Source: Sumerlaeia bacterium (GTDB lineage Bacteria > Sumerlaeota > Sumerlaeia > SLMS01 > JAHLLQ01). From it: DNA of 64,000 nt. This document shows positions 19,281 to 28,471 of this stretch, piece after piece. The DNA is taken from NCBI GenBank assembly GCA_040219255.1, contig JAVJSW010000002.1, positions 1 through 64,000 of the forward strand, read 5' to 3'. Every line of letters begins with the position of its first letter. The first letter of the stretch is position 1. The notes under the pieces were generated by a model. It was not told where the DNA came from, made no database searches, and saw only the letters and a list, made by a program, of their open reading frames with translations. The position numbers were made by a program, and so were the translations under genes.

Positions 19281-20660
19281 ATGAGCATCGCCCGCAACAG
19301 CGCCATCGACGCGATCTGCAAAGTCGGGACCATCGCGCTGAGCTTCATCTCCGGAATCTTCGTCAGCCGCCTGCTGGGGCCGGAGGGACGCGGCGCGTTC
19401 ATTCTCGCCACGGCTCTGGCCATGACGATCTTGACCACGCTGGGCAGCTTTGGTCTGCGGGCGGGGTGCCAGGTTTTCGCGGCCAAGGAACCCGGGCGCA
19501 TCGGCGAACTGCACGGGCTGACGGTGATTCTCTGCGCGCTGGTGGGGCTCTCCATGAGTTGCGGGCTCGCTCTCTTCCCCCACAGCGTCGCCAACTATCT
19601 ACTGCCCGGAATCGAGCGAACCCATCTGATGATCGTGGCGGGGGCCTTTCCCATGCTGCTGTATCATCTCGGCTGGGCGGGCCTGATGAACGGTTCGGGC
19701 GCCGTGGCGCAGCGCTCCCTGGTCGAACTGGGGTACAACGTGACGCAAAGCCTGACGCTGATCGGCCTCTTGATCGTCACGCGAGGCGAAAACCTTTTCC
19801 TTCTCATCGCGGCGTTCTACGGATGGGCCGTCGTGGCCTGCGCCGCGATGTACCTTTCGCTGAGAAAGCGTATCCCTTCGGACCGGCCGCTGTGGTGCCT
19901 GCCCCGTCGCGACCTCGTGCGGTATTTCTTCGGCTACTCGAAGTGGATTTACGTCAGCGATCTGGCGTCGAACGGCCGCAATCAGGTAGACCAGTGGCTG
20001 GTCAACTTCATCGGAGGCCAGGCGATTTTCGGCCTCTATAACCAGGCCTCGTCGCTGGCGCGGCGGCCGTTGCTGCTGAGCCAGTCGCTCTCGACCGCCG
20101 CCTATCAATCGATCACCGCCAGCGACCGGGCGGAAGCCGGCCGCCTGACGGCCTCCGGCGCGCGCCAGATGGTGATCCTGTGGGCGGGAATCGCCGGGGC
20201 GGGGCTGCTGTGCTCGCCCCTCATCCCGTTTATCTACGGCCCGGACTTCGCGCCGTCCGTCTGGCCGTTCCAGGTCCTCGTCGTTTCCATCGCTGCGCTT
20301 GGGGTGTCGCGGATGGTGGCCGTGTTCTACAACGGACACCTGAAGAATCCGGTGTTGCCGCTGATCTTCGACTGGATCGCGTTCGGGTTTCAGATCGGGT
20401 TGTCGATCGTGTTGTCGCGGATGATGGGGCCGTTGCTCGGCATTTCGCTCGGGACGGCTCTGGCGATGTGGTTGCTGATTGCGATGTTCGTCACGGCGTT
20501 CGCGATTCGAAAGGATACGCCGCCGCTGCGGGACCTGTTGATCCCCCGCCGCGAGGATTTCCGCGCCTGGCGCCGCTTCCTGCCGGCCCGATGGCGCCAG
20601 CCCCCGCCTCCGCCCCCTACCGGTGGCGGAACAACCCGAACCACGTTCCCAATCGAGTAA
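19281..20660 (+). CDS. oligosaccharide flippase (Wzx/MOP family)
   Basis: SRLLGPEGRG motif, about 12 hydrophobic segments, IYGPDF; likely ATG 19281. Confidence 0.85.
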   Translation: MSIARNSAIDAICKVGTIALSFISGIFVSRLLGPEGRGAFILATALAMTILTTLGSFGLRAGCQVFAAKEPGRIGELHGLTVILCALVGLSMSCGLALFPHSVANYLLPGIERTHLMIVAGAFPMLLYHLGWAGLMNGSGAVAQRSLVELGYNVTQSLTLIGLLIVTRGENLFLLIAAFYGWAVVACAAMYLSLRKRIPSDRPLWCLPRRDLVRYFFGYSKWIYVSDLASNGRNQVDQWLVNFIGGQAIFGLYNQASSLARRPLLLSQSLSTAAYQSITASDRAEAGRLTASGARQMVILWAGIAGAGLLCSPLIPFIYGPDFAPSVWPFQVLVVSIAALGVSRMVAVFYNGHLKNPVLPLIFDWIAFGFQIGLSIVLSRMMGPLLGISLGTALAMWLLIAMFVTAFAIRKDTPPLRDLLIPRREDFRAWRRFLPARWRQPPPPPPTGGGTTRTTFPIE

Positions 20661-22632
20661 GCATTCCGCCGACCGGTTCGGCGCCCACGGCCGACATTTT
20701 CTTCGGCATCGAGTCCCGCGCGTCGAGAATCTCCAGGAACTCCTCGATGTCCGGATCCTCGATCAACTGATGCTGGAGCTTGCGCAGTTCGGTCATGGCG
20801 GAAGCGTTCTTGCCCTGCTTGATCAGCACGCGCACCAGTTCTTTCAGGCATTCGCTCCGTTCGGGGGCGATGGCGACCGCCTGGCGGAGCGATCCTTCCG
20901 CTTCCCAATCGAGTTCGGCGCGGCTTTGCAGGTGCCCCAGAAGATGCATGGCCCGGGCGGAGCGGGGCAGAAGCTCGACCTCTCGTCTGCGCGCCAGCAA
21001 CGCCGACTCCAGGCGGCCCATACGCTCCAGCAATCCCGCCAGCGAACTCCACAGGAACGGTTCGCCGGGGTGGCGGTCGGTCAGGTAGCGCAAGGTCTTC
21101 ACCGGTTCCTCGCCCGGTTTGCCGCTTTGCTCCAGGACGCTCAGCACGCGGCGATAGACTTTGTCGTCGCTCGGAGAATGAACCGCGAAGGCCACGCGGC
21201 GAATTTCGCCTTCCGTGTCTTCGCCGTCTTGCAGCGCCGCCGCTTTCTGGAGGCAATGCTGGGCCACGTTCGCCTGACCGCGGGCGCAACGGACCTCGGC
21301 CAGCGCCAGCCAGGCGCGCCAGTTCTCCGCCGATTCTTCCACCCACAGCGTCGCCACTTCGTCGGCGCGCTCGAGCTGCTGCTTCCGCTCCAGGAGGAAC
21401 TCGACCAGCGTGGGATAGGCGCGGGGGTCCACTTCCGGGCCTTCGATGGCGCGTTCCAGGACGATCTGGGCTTTGCGGATTTCGCCCTTGCGGCGGTACT
21501 GAAGGCCGAGGCGATAGAGCGCGGTGGAATGGCGGGGATGCTGATCGAGGATGGCGCGCCAGCAGCGCTCGGCGCGGTCGTCGTCGCCCAGCGCCTCGCG
21601 GCATTGGCCGAGCCATTCCAGGACCTCGAGGTCCTCGGGATGGGCCTGCGCCGCCAGGGCGAGGGTGCGCTCGGCGCGGGCGAAGCGGCCGCCGTCGAAA
21701 TCGATGCGGGCGAGGCGGACCATGGCTTCGCGCCGGGCCAACCCGTGCGTTCCGGCCAGATAGCGTTCGAGCAGCGGGCGCGCTTCCTTGGGCAAATCCA
21801 GGTCGAACAGCAGGCAGCCGAGCAAGCCCCCGAAGCCGGTGTGCTGGGGGGCGAGAACCCGGGCCTCTCGCAGGGCGTGGGCGGCCTCGCGCTTGGCCTC
21901 CAGGCCAGCGCCGAGGCTCTCTTTCGCCAGCATGTCGAGGACGGAGCAAGGTTCGCGGAATTCCGGATCGTGGCGAAGGGACTCGAGGAAATGTCCGAAG
22001 CGATAGCGCACGTTAGCAGGAGGCGCCAGCGGGTCCGTTTGGGCCGCGCGGATGCGGGCCAGGTGCCCCAGCCCCCGCAGGTGCTCGGCGAAGGCGTCCG
22101 GGCTGCGGGTCGGAGACTGGGCGATGGCCCAGCGCCGGATCGGCTCCAGGTCCTCGCTGATGCTCTCGACCATTTTCCCCAACTGAGTGAAGAAGGCGGA
22201 CAGGAAGACCTCGGGCGAGGCTTCCATGTCGCGCTGGTACAACGTCGTTCCCGCTTCCCGGTCGATCACCTCCAGGGTCAGGCGGGGCTTTTCGCCCCAG
22301 GACATGCTGCCCTGCACGAGGTGCGTGGGCTCGAGGCCTGGCGGATGAGGCAGACCCAGCGCCTCCTCCAGCGGCCACGCCGACGTGCGCGAGAGCGGCG
22401 CATCGTTCGGGCCCGCCTTCGTGTCGCCGTCGAGCGTCAGGATGATGTGCTGGACGAAGACCTGGGACTTCGGAATGGGCCTCAGCCGCGTTTCCAGAAA
22501 CGCCGCCAGCCCCATGCTGAGCACGAAGTCGTCGGCCGCGACTTCGCCAAATCCGTCTTGCCACGACTTTCCCTCACCCTGATCGGCGAGGGCGAACGGC
22601 AAAATGGCGATGCAAGGGTCGCGGCGGGTCAT
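20617..22632 (-). CDS. tetratricopeptide-repeat protein with N-terminal TolB_N-like alpha/beta domain
   Basis: IAILPF N-terminal strand; many TPR-like units (A...LG......G....A......A....P). Confidence 0.8.
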   Translation of the reverse strand: MTRRDPCIAILPFALADQGEGKSWQDGFGEVAADDFVLSMGLAAFLETRLRPIPKSQVFVQHIILTLDGDTKAGPNDAPLSRTSAWPLEEALGLPHPPGLEPTHLVQGSMSWGEKPRLTLEVIDREAGTTLYQRDMEASPEVFLSAFFTQLGKMVESISEDLEPIRRWAIAQSPTRSPDAFAEHLRGLGHLARIRAAQTDPLAPPANVRYRFGHFLESLRHDPEFREPCSVLDMLAKESLGAGLEAKREAAHALREARVLAPQHTGFGGLLGCLLFDLDLPKEARPLLERYLAGTHGLARREAMVRLARIDFDGGRFARAERTLALAAQAHPEDLEVLEWLGQCREALGDDDRAERCWRAILDQHPRHSTALYRLGLQYRRKGEIRKAQIVLERAIEGPEVDPRAYPTLVEFLLERKQQLERADEVATLWVEESAENWRAWLALAEVRCARGQANVAQHCLQKAAALQDGEDTEGEIRRVAFAVHSPSDDKVYRRVLSVLEQSGKPGEEPVKTLRYLTDRHPGEPFLWSSLAGLLERMGRLESALLARRREVELLPRSARAMHLLGHLQSRAELDWEAEGSLRQAVAIAPERSECLKELVRVLIKQGKNASAMTELRKLQHQLIEDPDIEEFLEILDARDSMPKKMSAVGAEPVGGMLTRLGTWFGLFRHR

Positions 22633-22760
22633 GGCGGGGGAAGCTGCGGGTCGGAAGATAATCGCCCCGGAGATGGGGCGCGGATATGCTTCTCATGCTA
22701 GCGAAGAATGAACCGAAGTCCACTCTTCGCCAAGGGATTTTTCCACATGAGAACGAATTC

Positions 22761-24203
22761 TCAGCCCAATCGCGACCTTACGAAAATAAAGTACAAAACC
22801 AGCACCAGCGCCAGACCCCCCATCACCCAGCCGACCTCGCGCGCGCGGCCCGCCAGCGCCTTGATCGCCGCGTAGGACACGAGCCCCAGCGCCAGCCCGT
22901 CGCCGATCGAATAGAAGAGCGGAATGCCGATCATCGTGAGGAACGCCGGGATCGACTCGGTGCCGTCGGCCCAGTCGATTCGCGTCACGCTGCTGGCCAT
23001 CATGGCCCCCACGATGACCAGGGCCGGCGCCGTGATGGAAGGATAACTGCCGACCATCTGGATGATCGGTTCGAAGAAAAGCGCCACCAGGAAGAGCAGC
23101 GAAACCGTCAGCGCCACCAACCCGGTGCGGCCGCCCTGTTCGACACCGGAGGCGCTTTCGATGTAGCTGGTGACGGTGCTGGTGCCAAGCAAGGCGCCGA
23201 CGGTGGTCCCGACGGCGTCGCTGGCGAAGGCCTTATTCGCGCGGGGCAGGTTGCCGTCCTCGTCCAGCAAACCGGCGCGTTCCGATACACCGATAAGCGT
23301 TCCCATTGTGTCGAAAAAGTCCAGAAACAGAAACATCAGCACATAGGGAATCATCGCCAGCGACAACGCCCCCAGGATGTCGAGTTTGAGGAACGTGGGC
23401 TCGATGGAGGGCGGAGCGCTGACGACGCCCTCGGGGAGCTGGAACCGGGTGGCGAGGACGGACTCGGCGACAAGGGTGGACCCGCCCCACGGGCTCAGGT
23501 GCAGGGTCAGCTTGAGCCCTACGGCCACCGCCGCCGCCGCCAGAATGCCCCACAGAATCGCCCCCGCCACCCGCCGCGCCATCAGCGCTGCCGTGACCAG
23601 CACGCCCACGAAAAAGACGATCAGGTCGGGGGATTGAAAATTCTCGTTCAGGCTCACCAGCACCCCCGGCGCGTCCTCGACCAAGCCGGAGTTCTGCAAT
23701 CCGATAAACGCGATGAAGAGCCCGATGCCCACCGCGATGCCGTGCTTCATGCTGTTGCTGACGCTGTGCATGACCTTGGCGCGAAGGCCCGAGAGCACAA
23801 GGATGAGAAACAGGATACCCTCGACGAAGATGATCCCGAGGGCGACCTGCCAAGGGTCCTCGAACCCCGCCGCCGCGGCCGCCGGCACGGCCGTCAGGAT
23901 AAACAGCGCATTCGCCCCCATGCCCGGGGCCTGGGCGATCGGATAGCGCGCCAGCAACCCCATGATCGCCGTGGCGATGGCCGACGCCAGACAGGTCGCC
24001 GTCAGCACCGCACCGAAGTCCATCACCGGCGTCTCGAATCCAAAGTACAGGCCGGACAGGAACGCGGGCTGGACGAAGATGATGTAGGACATCGTGAGGA
24101 ACGTCGTCACGCCCGCCAGGATCTCGCGCCGGGGCGTAGAACCCGCGCGGGCGATGCCGAAAGTCTTTTCGAGAAACGAGGGTGCGGTGGCCGCTTCCGC
24201 CAT
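22761..24203 (-). CDS. NCS2/AzgA-family purine permease
   Basis: EILAGVTTFLTMSYII, APGMGANA, FFDTMGT, YIESASGVEQGGRTG. Confidence 0.93.
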   Translation of the reverse strand: MAEAATAPSFLEKTFGIARAGSTPRREILAGVTTFLTMSYIIFVQPAFLSGLYFGFETPVMDFGAVLTATCLASAIATAIMGLLARYPIAQAPGMGANALFILTAVPAAAAAGFEDPWQVALGIIFVEGILFLILVLSGLRAKVMHSVSNSMKHGIAVGIGLFIAFIGLQNSGLVEDAPGVLVSLNENFQSPDLIVFFVGVLVTAALMARRVAGAILWGILAAAAVAVGLKLTLHLSPWGGSTLVAESVLATRFQLPEGVVSAPPSIEPTFLKLDILGALSLAMIPYVLMFLFLDFFDTMGTLIGVSERAGLLDEDGNLPRANKAFASDAVGTTVGALLGTSTVTSYIESASGVEQGGRTGLVALTVSLLFLVALFFEPIIQMVGSYPSITAPALVIVGAMMASSVTRIDWADGTESIPAFLTMIGIPLFYSIGDGLALGLVSYAAIKALAGRAREVGWVMGGLALVLVLYFIFVRSRLG

Positions 24204-24296
24204 GAGGAGTCTCCAGAGCCGGGATGCCGGGCAACCTGCCGCCAACGGGGGAAAGCCTCAAGGCGGAAGCGTGGCATGGCGGCGGGCGGGAGGGGT

Positions 24297-24568
24297 TTTA
24301 CCACGGAGACACGGAGGCACGGAGAAAGAAGAAATGGCCGCGGATGACGCAGATGCCCCCAAAGCCAGCCAGATTACTAATCTCAAAATTTTTAAATGAG
24401 AAACAAAACCTTATCAACTTATTATCAAACCTGAAGAAAAGATGCCACCGTGGATCACCAGGTCGCGACGGCTCTTCAGAATACATCTGCGTGGATCTGC
24501 GTCATCTGCGGCCAATACCATACTTCCCCGCCCACCCCATCTCCGCGCCTCTGTGTCTCCGTGGTGAA
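24297..24568. repeat. nested long inverted-repeat element with AT-rich core
   Basis: Outer arms 24297-24325 / 24540-24568 (26 of 29 complementary); inner arms 24335-24354 / 24495-24514 (19 of 20). Confidence 0.9.
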
Positions 24569-24570
24569 TT

Positions 24571-26349
24571 CTACTCGAACGGCACCGTGATCGCCGGGTC
24601 CAGACCCTGTAAAATCAGGTCCCCGCAATCCACCGCGCCGTCGCCGTTGCGGTCGGCGGTGGGGAATTCGCTGGGGTGGAAGGCCATCAGGCCGGTCGTG
24701 ATCTGAGCGAGGGACCGGCGCGTGAGGCCGCTGACCGGTTCGTCGGCGGTGGTCAAGGTCAGGCGGAAGCGTACCTCCTGGTCGAAAACCCCGGCGTCGC
24801 GGGCGGAGACGCCGATGAGGACACGGGGCGGAATGCCTTCGAAGAGGCCGACGCTCTCGAACGCGCGGGGGCTGAGGCTGGCGCCGGAGAAGAAAATGCC
24901 CCGCGAGGTCTGGCCAAAGGCGTACAAGTCGAGGTTCGTGAAGAAGCCCGCGCCGCTTTCCGGCTCGACCGTGAAGCGCAGGCGGCGCCCTGGAGGCGGC
25001 GGATCGAGAGCCACGAGGAACTCCACGTCGTCAAAGACCACGTTGTCTCCCCCGGCGACTTCGATCAACCCGGCGTCGGCTTGGTTGACGGTGCCGGAGA
25101 TGCGGAGGGGAAGACTGATCTCCGGGATTTCATCGAGCGAATCGGGCACCAGGCGCCCCGCCTCCCAGGTCTCGGTGACTGGCTCCAGGCGCTCGATGTT
25201 GTTCGCCACCAGGTCGATTCCCGCCACGGTCTCGCCCGCCGGGGCGAAGAGGGCCTGGCGCAGCCTGGGAGCTTCGAGAGCGCTCTCGGGCCGCGACCAG
25301 AAATCCGGCGGGCCATAGTAGAGGCCGAGGACTGGCGTGTTGACGAGAGAACTGCCCACGCTGTTGGTGCGCAGAGCCTGACTGAAGGATCCCTCGCGCG
25401 CTTCGTCGATGTGGATATGCCAGCGTTCGCCGCCCGGCAGGCCATGGACGCACCAGTCGCCACGCGCCGGGCCGGTGCCGGGGAGGAAGGTGGTGGCGCC
25501 GGAGATGGCCGAGGCGGCCTGGAAGAACGGGTCGCGGGCCGAGCGGACGCTGACACCGTACCCACCGAGGGCGCGGCGGTCGCTGTCGAGGACGCGGCCC
25601 TCGAAGGCGCTCAAGCCTATGGCATCGGGATCGGGATAAAGGCGCCGCAGCATCGAGATGTCGTCCAGATGCAGCGTCAAGCCGTCTTCGCTGACCGTCG
25701 AGTTCATGGTCTCGATGCTGTCCATCGGCGGCACGCCCAAGCCCCAGGCATCGCGCCGGCCGCGGGCCAGCGACCCGTTGAGGTCCGAATGCCCCAGCCC
25801 CAGGACGTGACCGAATTCATGGACGATGGCGCCGCGAAAGGCGCGCTCGCTCAATTCCGGATTTCCCATGAACGGATCGTCCACGCCGTCCTGCCAGAGG
25901 CCGTTGATGATCGTCAGCGTTTCCTGAATCGCGCCGGTGTCGCGGTCGACACGTTCGACAAAGACGGTGGCGATCACGCTGGGGCCGATGCCGAGGGCGT
26001 CGAAAATCCCGCCGTCGCTGTCGAAGGCGATGACGTTCGTGCCGTTGTCCACGAAGGGGCCGTACAAATCGAGGGTCGCGGAGGTGACGTCCTCCGACAG
26101 GAGCGGCCCCTCCTCAAAGGCCAGGCGGGCGCCCTCGACATTGGCCCAGGCCGCGGCGGCCTCTCGCACGAGGGCCTGGGCTGCCTCCGGGGAGAAGCGC
26201 CCCAGTGGCCCCGGATCGATGCGATACGGGATCGGTTGGCCGGGAGGCCAGCGGAGCGTTTGGCCTTCGCGGGCCAGGCCGATGGGATTTCCGGCGGTGG
26301 CGGCGCTGGCGAGGGCGGCGAAGACAGCGGCCAGGAGGGACGGCTTCAG
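24571..26349 (-). CDS. secreted metzincin (matrixin-like) metalloprotease with C-terminal dockerin/EF-hand-like motif
   Basis: HEFGHVLGLGHS zinc motif and Met-turn (ETM); ADRNGDGAVDCGDL at the end; signal-like KPSLLAAVFAALASAATA; start uncertain (CTG 26349 or ATG 26478). Confidence 0.82.
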   Translation of the reverse strand: MKPSLLAAVFAALASAATAGNPIGLAREGQTLRWPPGQPIPYRIDPGPLGRFSPEAAQALVREAAAAWANVEGARLAFEEGPLLSEDVTSATLDLYGPFVDNGTNVIAFDSDGGIFDALGIGPSVIATVFVERVDRDTGAIQETLTIINGLWQDGVDDPFMGNPELSERAFRGAIVHEFGHVLGLGHSDLNGSLARGRRDAWGLGVPPMDSIETMNSTVSEDGLTLHLDDISMLRRLYPDPDAIGLSAFEGRVLDSDRRALGGYGVSVRSARDPFFQAASAISGATTFLPGTGPARGDWCVHGLPGGERWHIHIDEAREGSFSQALRTNSVGSSLVNTPVLGLYYGPPDFWSRPESALEAPRLRQALFAPAGETVAGIDLVANNIERLEPVTETWEAGRLVPDSLDEIPEISLPLRISGTVNQADAGLIEVAGGDNVVFDDVEFLVALDPPPPGRRLRFTVEPESGAGFFTNLDLYAFGQTSRGIFFSGASLSPRAFESVGLFEGIPPRVLIGVSARDAGVFDQEVRFRLTLTTADEPVSGLTRRSLAQITTGLMAFHPSEFPTADRNGDGAVDCGDLILQGLDPAITVPFE

Positions 26350-26819
26350 GAAAAAAAACGGGCCTGGATGGCGGCCTGGGCGGTGGCGGAGACTTCGCGG
26401 AAGGAGCGTCCGAGCCGCCGCGCCAACGCCCGCAGCTCCTCCGATTCCGCCTTCGCTTTCAGGGGGTTGCCATCCCATAGCGCCACCTTGACCGAAATTT
26501 CAGCTTCGAAGATTATGATGGACTCCGCCCGTCGCGCAAGCGCGACCCGCTCGACCGCGACGGACCTTACGCCGAGTGTCGCCGTCTCGCGCAGGATCAA
26601 CCCCGCCAAAGCCTCGCGCGCCTCGGGCCGGGCGAGGACTTCTAGGCGAATGCCAGGACGGCTTTTTTTCATCGTTGTGGAGAGGAAGGTCACGTCGAGC
26701 GCCCCCGCCTCGAACAGCGCGTCCGCCGCCGCCCCCAGGGTTTCCGGAGTTTCATCGTCCAGATCGGCGGCCAGGAGCACGAGGCGCTCCCACGCGGCGT
26801 CGGCGGGCAGATCGGTCAT
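26346..26819 (-). CDS. LarC-family nickel insertion protein, C-terminal domain only
   Basis: LDDETPE, GALDV, MKKSRPG, ETATLGVR motifs; TGATG coupling with thiL. Confidence 0.85.
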   Translation of the reverse strand: MTDLPADAAWERLVLLAADLDDETPETLGAAADALFEAGALDVTFLSTTMKKSRPGIRLEVLARPEAREALAGLILRETATLGVRSVAVERVALARRAESIIIFEAEISVKVALWDGNPLKAKAESEELRALARRLGRSFREVSATAQAAIQARFFS

Positions 26820-27817
26820 CAGAAATGCTCGAAACCTTTCCGAGAAAGCAAGTCCACCCGTGACCCATCGGGCCCTTCGAGGCAAAGCCCTTCGCCCTCC
26901 TCCACGCGGCCGATGGCGGTCACAGACACGGCGGGCTCGGCCTCGCGAGCGGCCTGATGGATCGTGGCGAAATCGGCGGCGGTGGCAAAGAGAAGTTCAT
27001 AGTCCTCGCCGCCGAAGAGGAAGAGGTCCTCGGCGGAGGAGCCGGTCTGAGCGGCGAAGTCGGCGAGCGCCGGGGAGATGGGAAAGAGAGCGCTTTCCAG
27101 AACCACGCGGACACTGCTGGCGGCAGCGACACGGGATGCGTCTTTGGCCGGGCCATCGGAACAGTCCAACATCGCCAGGTCGGAGCAGGCCTCGACCAGC
27201 GCTCGGCCGATGGCGACGCGAGGCCGGGGGCGCAGGTGGCGCTCGGCGAGGGCGGGGAAATCGGCGCCTCGGCCTTCCTCCAGAGCCCGGAACCCGGCGC
27301 CTGATTCGCCCGGATGGCCCGTGCAGTAAACCGTCATCCCCGGCCGGGCGCGGCTGCGGGTGGCGAGGGCGGCACCGGGCGCGAGGGCCCCAACGAGCGT
27401 CAGCGACAGCGTCCACTGAGGCGCGCGCACCGTGTCGCCGCCGATCAGCCGCGCGCCGTGCTCGGCCAGGCATTCGGCCACGCCCTCGTGCAGCGCCACG
27501 ACGGCGTCCGCGTCGGCGTCGCCGGGAAAGCCGGCGCTGAGAAGAGCGTAGAGCGGCGTGGCGCCTTTGCTGGCGAGGTCGCTGAGATTGCTGGCGGCCA
27601 GTTTCCAGCCCACGGCGCGGGGCGAATTCCCCGGCCAGAAGCGGAAATGGGCGCCCTCGACCATGGCGTCGATGGTCCAGACGAGGCGCCGGGGGTCCGG
27701 CTGGGTGATCGCGCAGTCGTCGCCCGTGCCAAGGAGGAGGCCGGCGGTGTGCTCCGCCAGGAGCGGCCGCAGCCGCGCCAGCAGACCGTCTTCACCGATG
27801 TCGCGGAGCGTGGGCAT
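26819..27817 (-). CDS. thiL: thiamine-monophosphate kinase
   Basis: GEDGLL, GDDCA, NLSDLASKGA, IGGDT, DCSDG, GGEDYELLF, GFEHF terminus. Confidence 0.95.
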   Translation of the reverse strand: MPTLRDIGEDGLLARLRPLLAEHTAGLLLGTGDDCAITQPDPRRLVWTIDAMVEGAHFRFWPGNSPRAVGWKLAASNLSDLASKGATPLYALLSAGFPGDADADAVVALHEGVAECLAEHGARLIGGDTVRAPQWTLSLTLVGALAPGAALATRSRARPGMTVYCTGHPGESGAGFRALEEGRGADFPALAERHLRPRPRVAIGRALVEACSDLAMLDCSDGPAKDASRVAAASSVRVVLESALFPISPALADFAAQTGSSAEDLFLFGGEDYELLFATAADFATIHQAAREAEPAVSVTAIGRVEEGEGLCLEGPDGSRVDLLSRKGFEHF

Positions 27818-27849
27818 GGGCCGAGGGGATCCTTCGGGGGATAAAACGA

Positions 27850-27908
27850 CCAAAGAGGCACGGAGGGGAAAGAGAGGGTTTCTCTTAGCCGCCTCGGTGC
27901 CTCTTTGG
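27850..27908. repeat. short inverted repeat of the same arm family; possible terminator/processing hairpin after ffs
   Basis: CCAAAGAGGCACGGAGG (27850-27866) and CCTCGGTGCCTCTTTGG (27892-27908), 16 of 17 complementary. Confidence 0.75.
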
Positions 27909-27921
27909 CTTTTGACTTTGT

Positions 27922-28056
27922 GGGGAGTCGCCGAAGGAGGCGACCAAACCGGCCGCACACCCGGAACGAAAAGCTTAGAGCTGCTTCCTCTCGGACCTGA
28001 CCCGGTTCGCTGCCGTCCGTCGCACGGGGCTTGGCCGCCTGCTTGGGCGTCTCCCC
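27922..28056 (-). ncRNA. ffs: signal recognition particle RNA (4.5S-type)
   Basis: Minus strand contains GAACCGGGTCAGGTCC-GAGA-GGAAGCAGC (helix 8 with GNRA loop); ends GGGGAGACGCC and GGCGACTCCCC pair. Confidence 0.92.
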
Positions 28057-28078
28057 CAGACCTTTGAAGAGCGGGGGT

Positions 28079-28309
28079 TTAGCCCTGCTGCTCAAGGTCC
28101 TTCAAGATGTACTTGCGAGGCGGGGCCTTGACCACGGCGCCGCTGCGCAGGGCCTTGGTGGACACGTAGGCGTGACGCACGGTGCCGTCGGCCTCGAGGA
28201 CCTTCACGCGCTGAATGTTGGCCTTGAAGGCCCGCTTGGTCTTGTTATTCGCGTGGCTGACGTTGTTGCCCACGCGGCGGCGCTTGCCAGTCACTTCACA
28301 CTTAGCCAT
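28079..28309 (-). CDS. rpmB: 50S ribosomal protein L28
   Basis: [27 protein letters not shown]; GAGGA RBS. Confidence 0.97.
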   Translation of the reverse strand: MAKCEVTGKRRRVGNNVSHANNKTKRAFKANIQRVKVLEADGTVRHAYVSTKALRSGAVVKAPPRKYILKDLEQQG

Positions 28310-28471
28310 GGTGGCGTCCTCATCGTCGGTCTAGAAAAGTCGTCGTTCAAGTGGGCGGCAAAACGCCCGAATTCCCACAAGCCTGAGAGGCTCATGCGAA
28401 AGGCCCGTTAGGTAGCCTCCCTCACCCCCGGCCTGTCAAAGGAAAAAGGTGGGGGTTGCCTTCTACGAATT

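Noticed and set aside
20617-20660. 44-bp 3' overlap of convergent flippase and TPR genes
   Set aside because: Short convergent overlaps are common in dense high-GC genomes; nothing suggests a special function.
24298-24486. 62-aa ORF (and 24224..24706) across the repeat cassette
   Set aside because: Peptides such as ICVIRG and LRASVSPW are translations of the repeat arms; no RBS or homology evidence.
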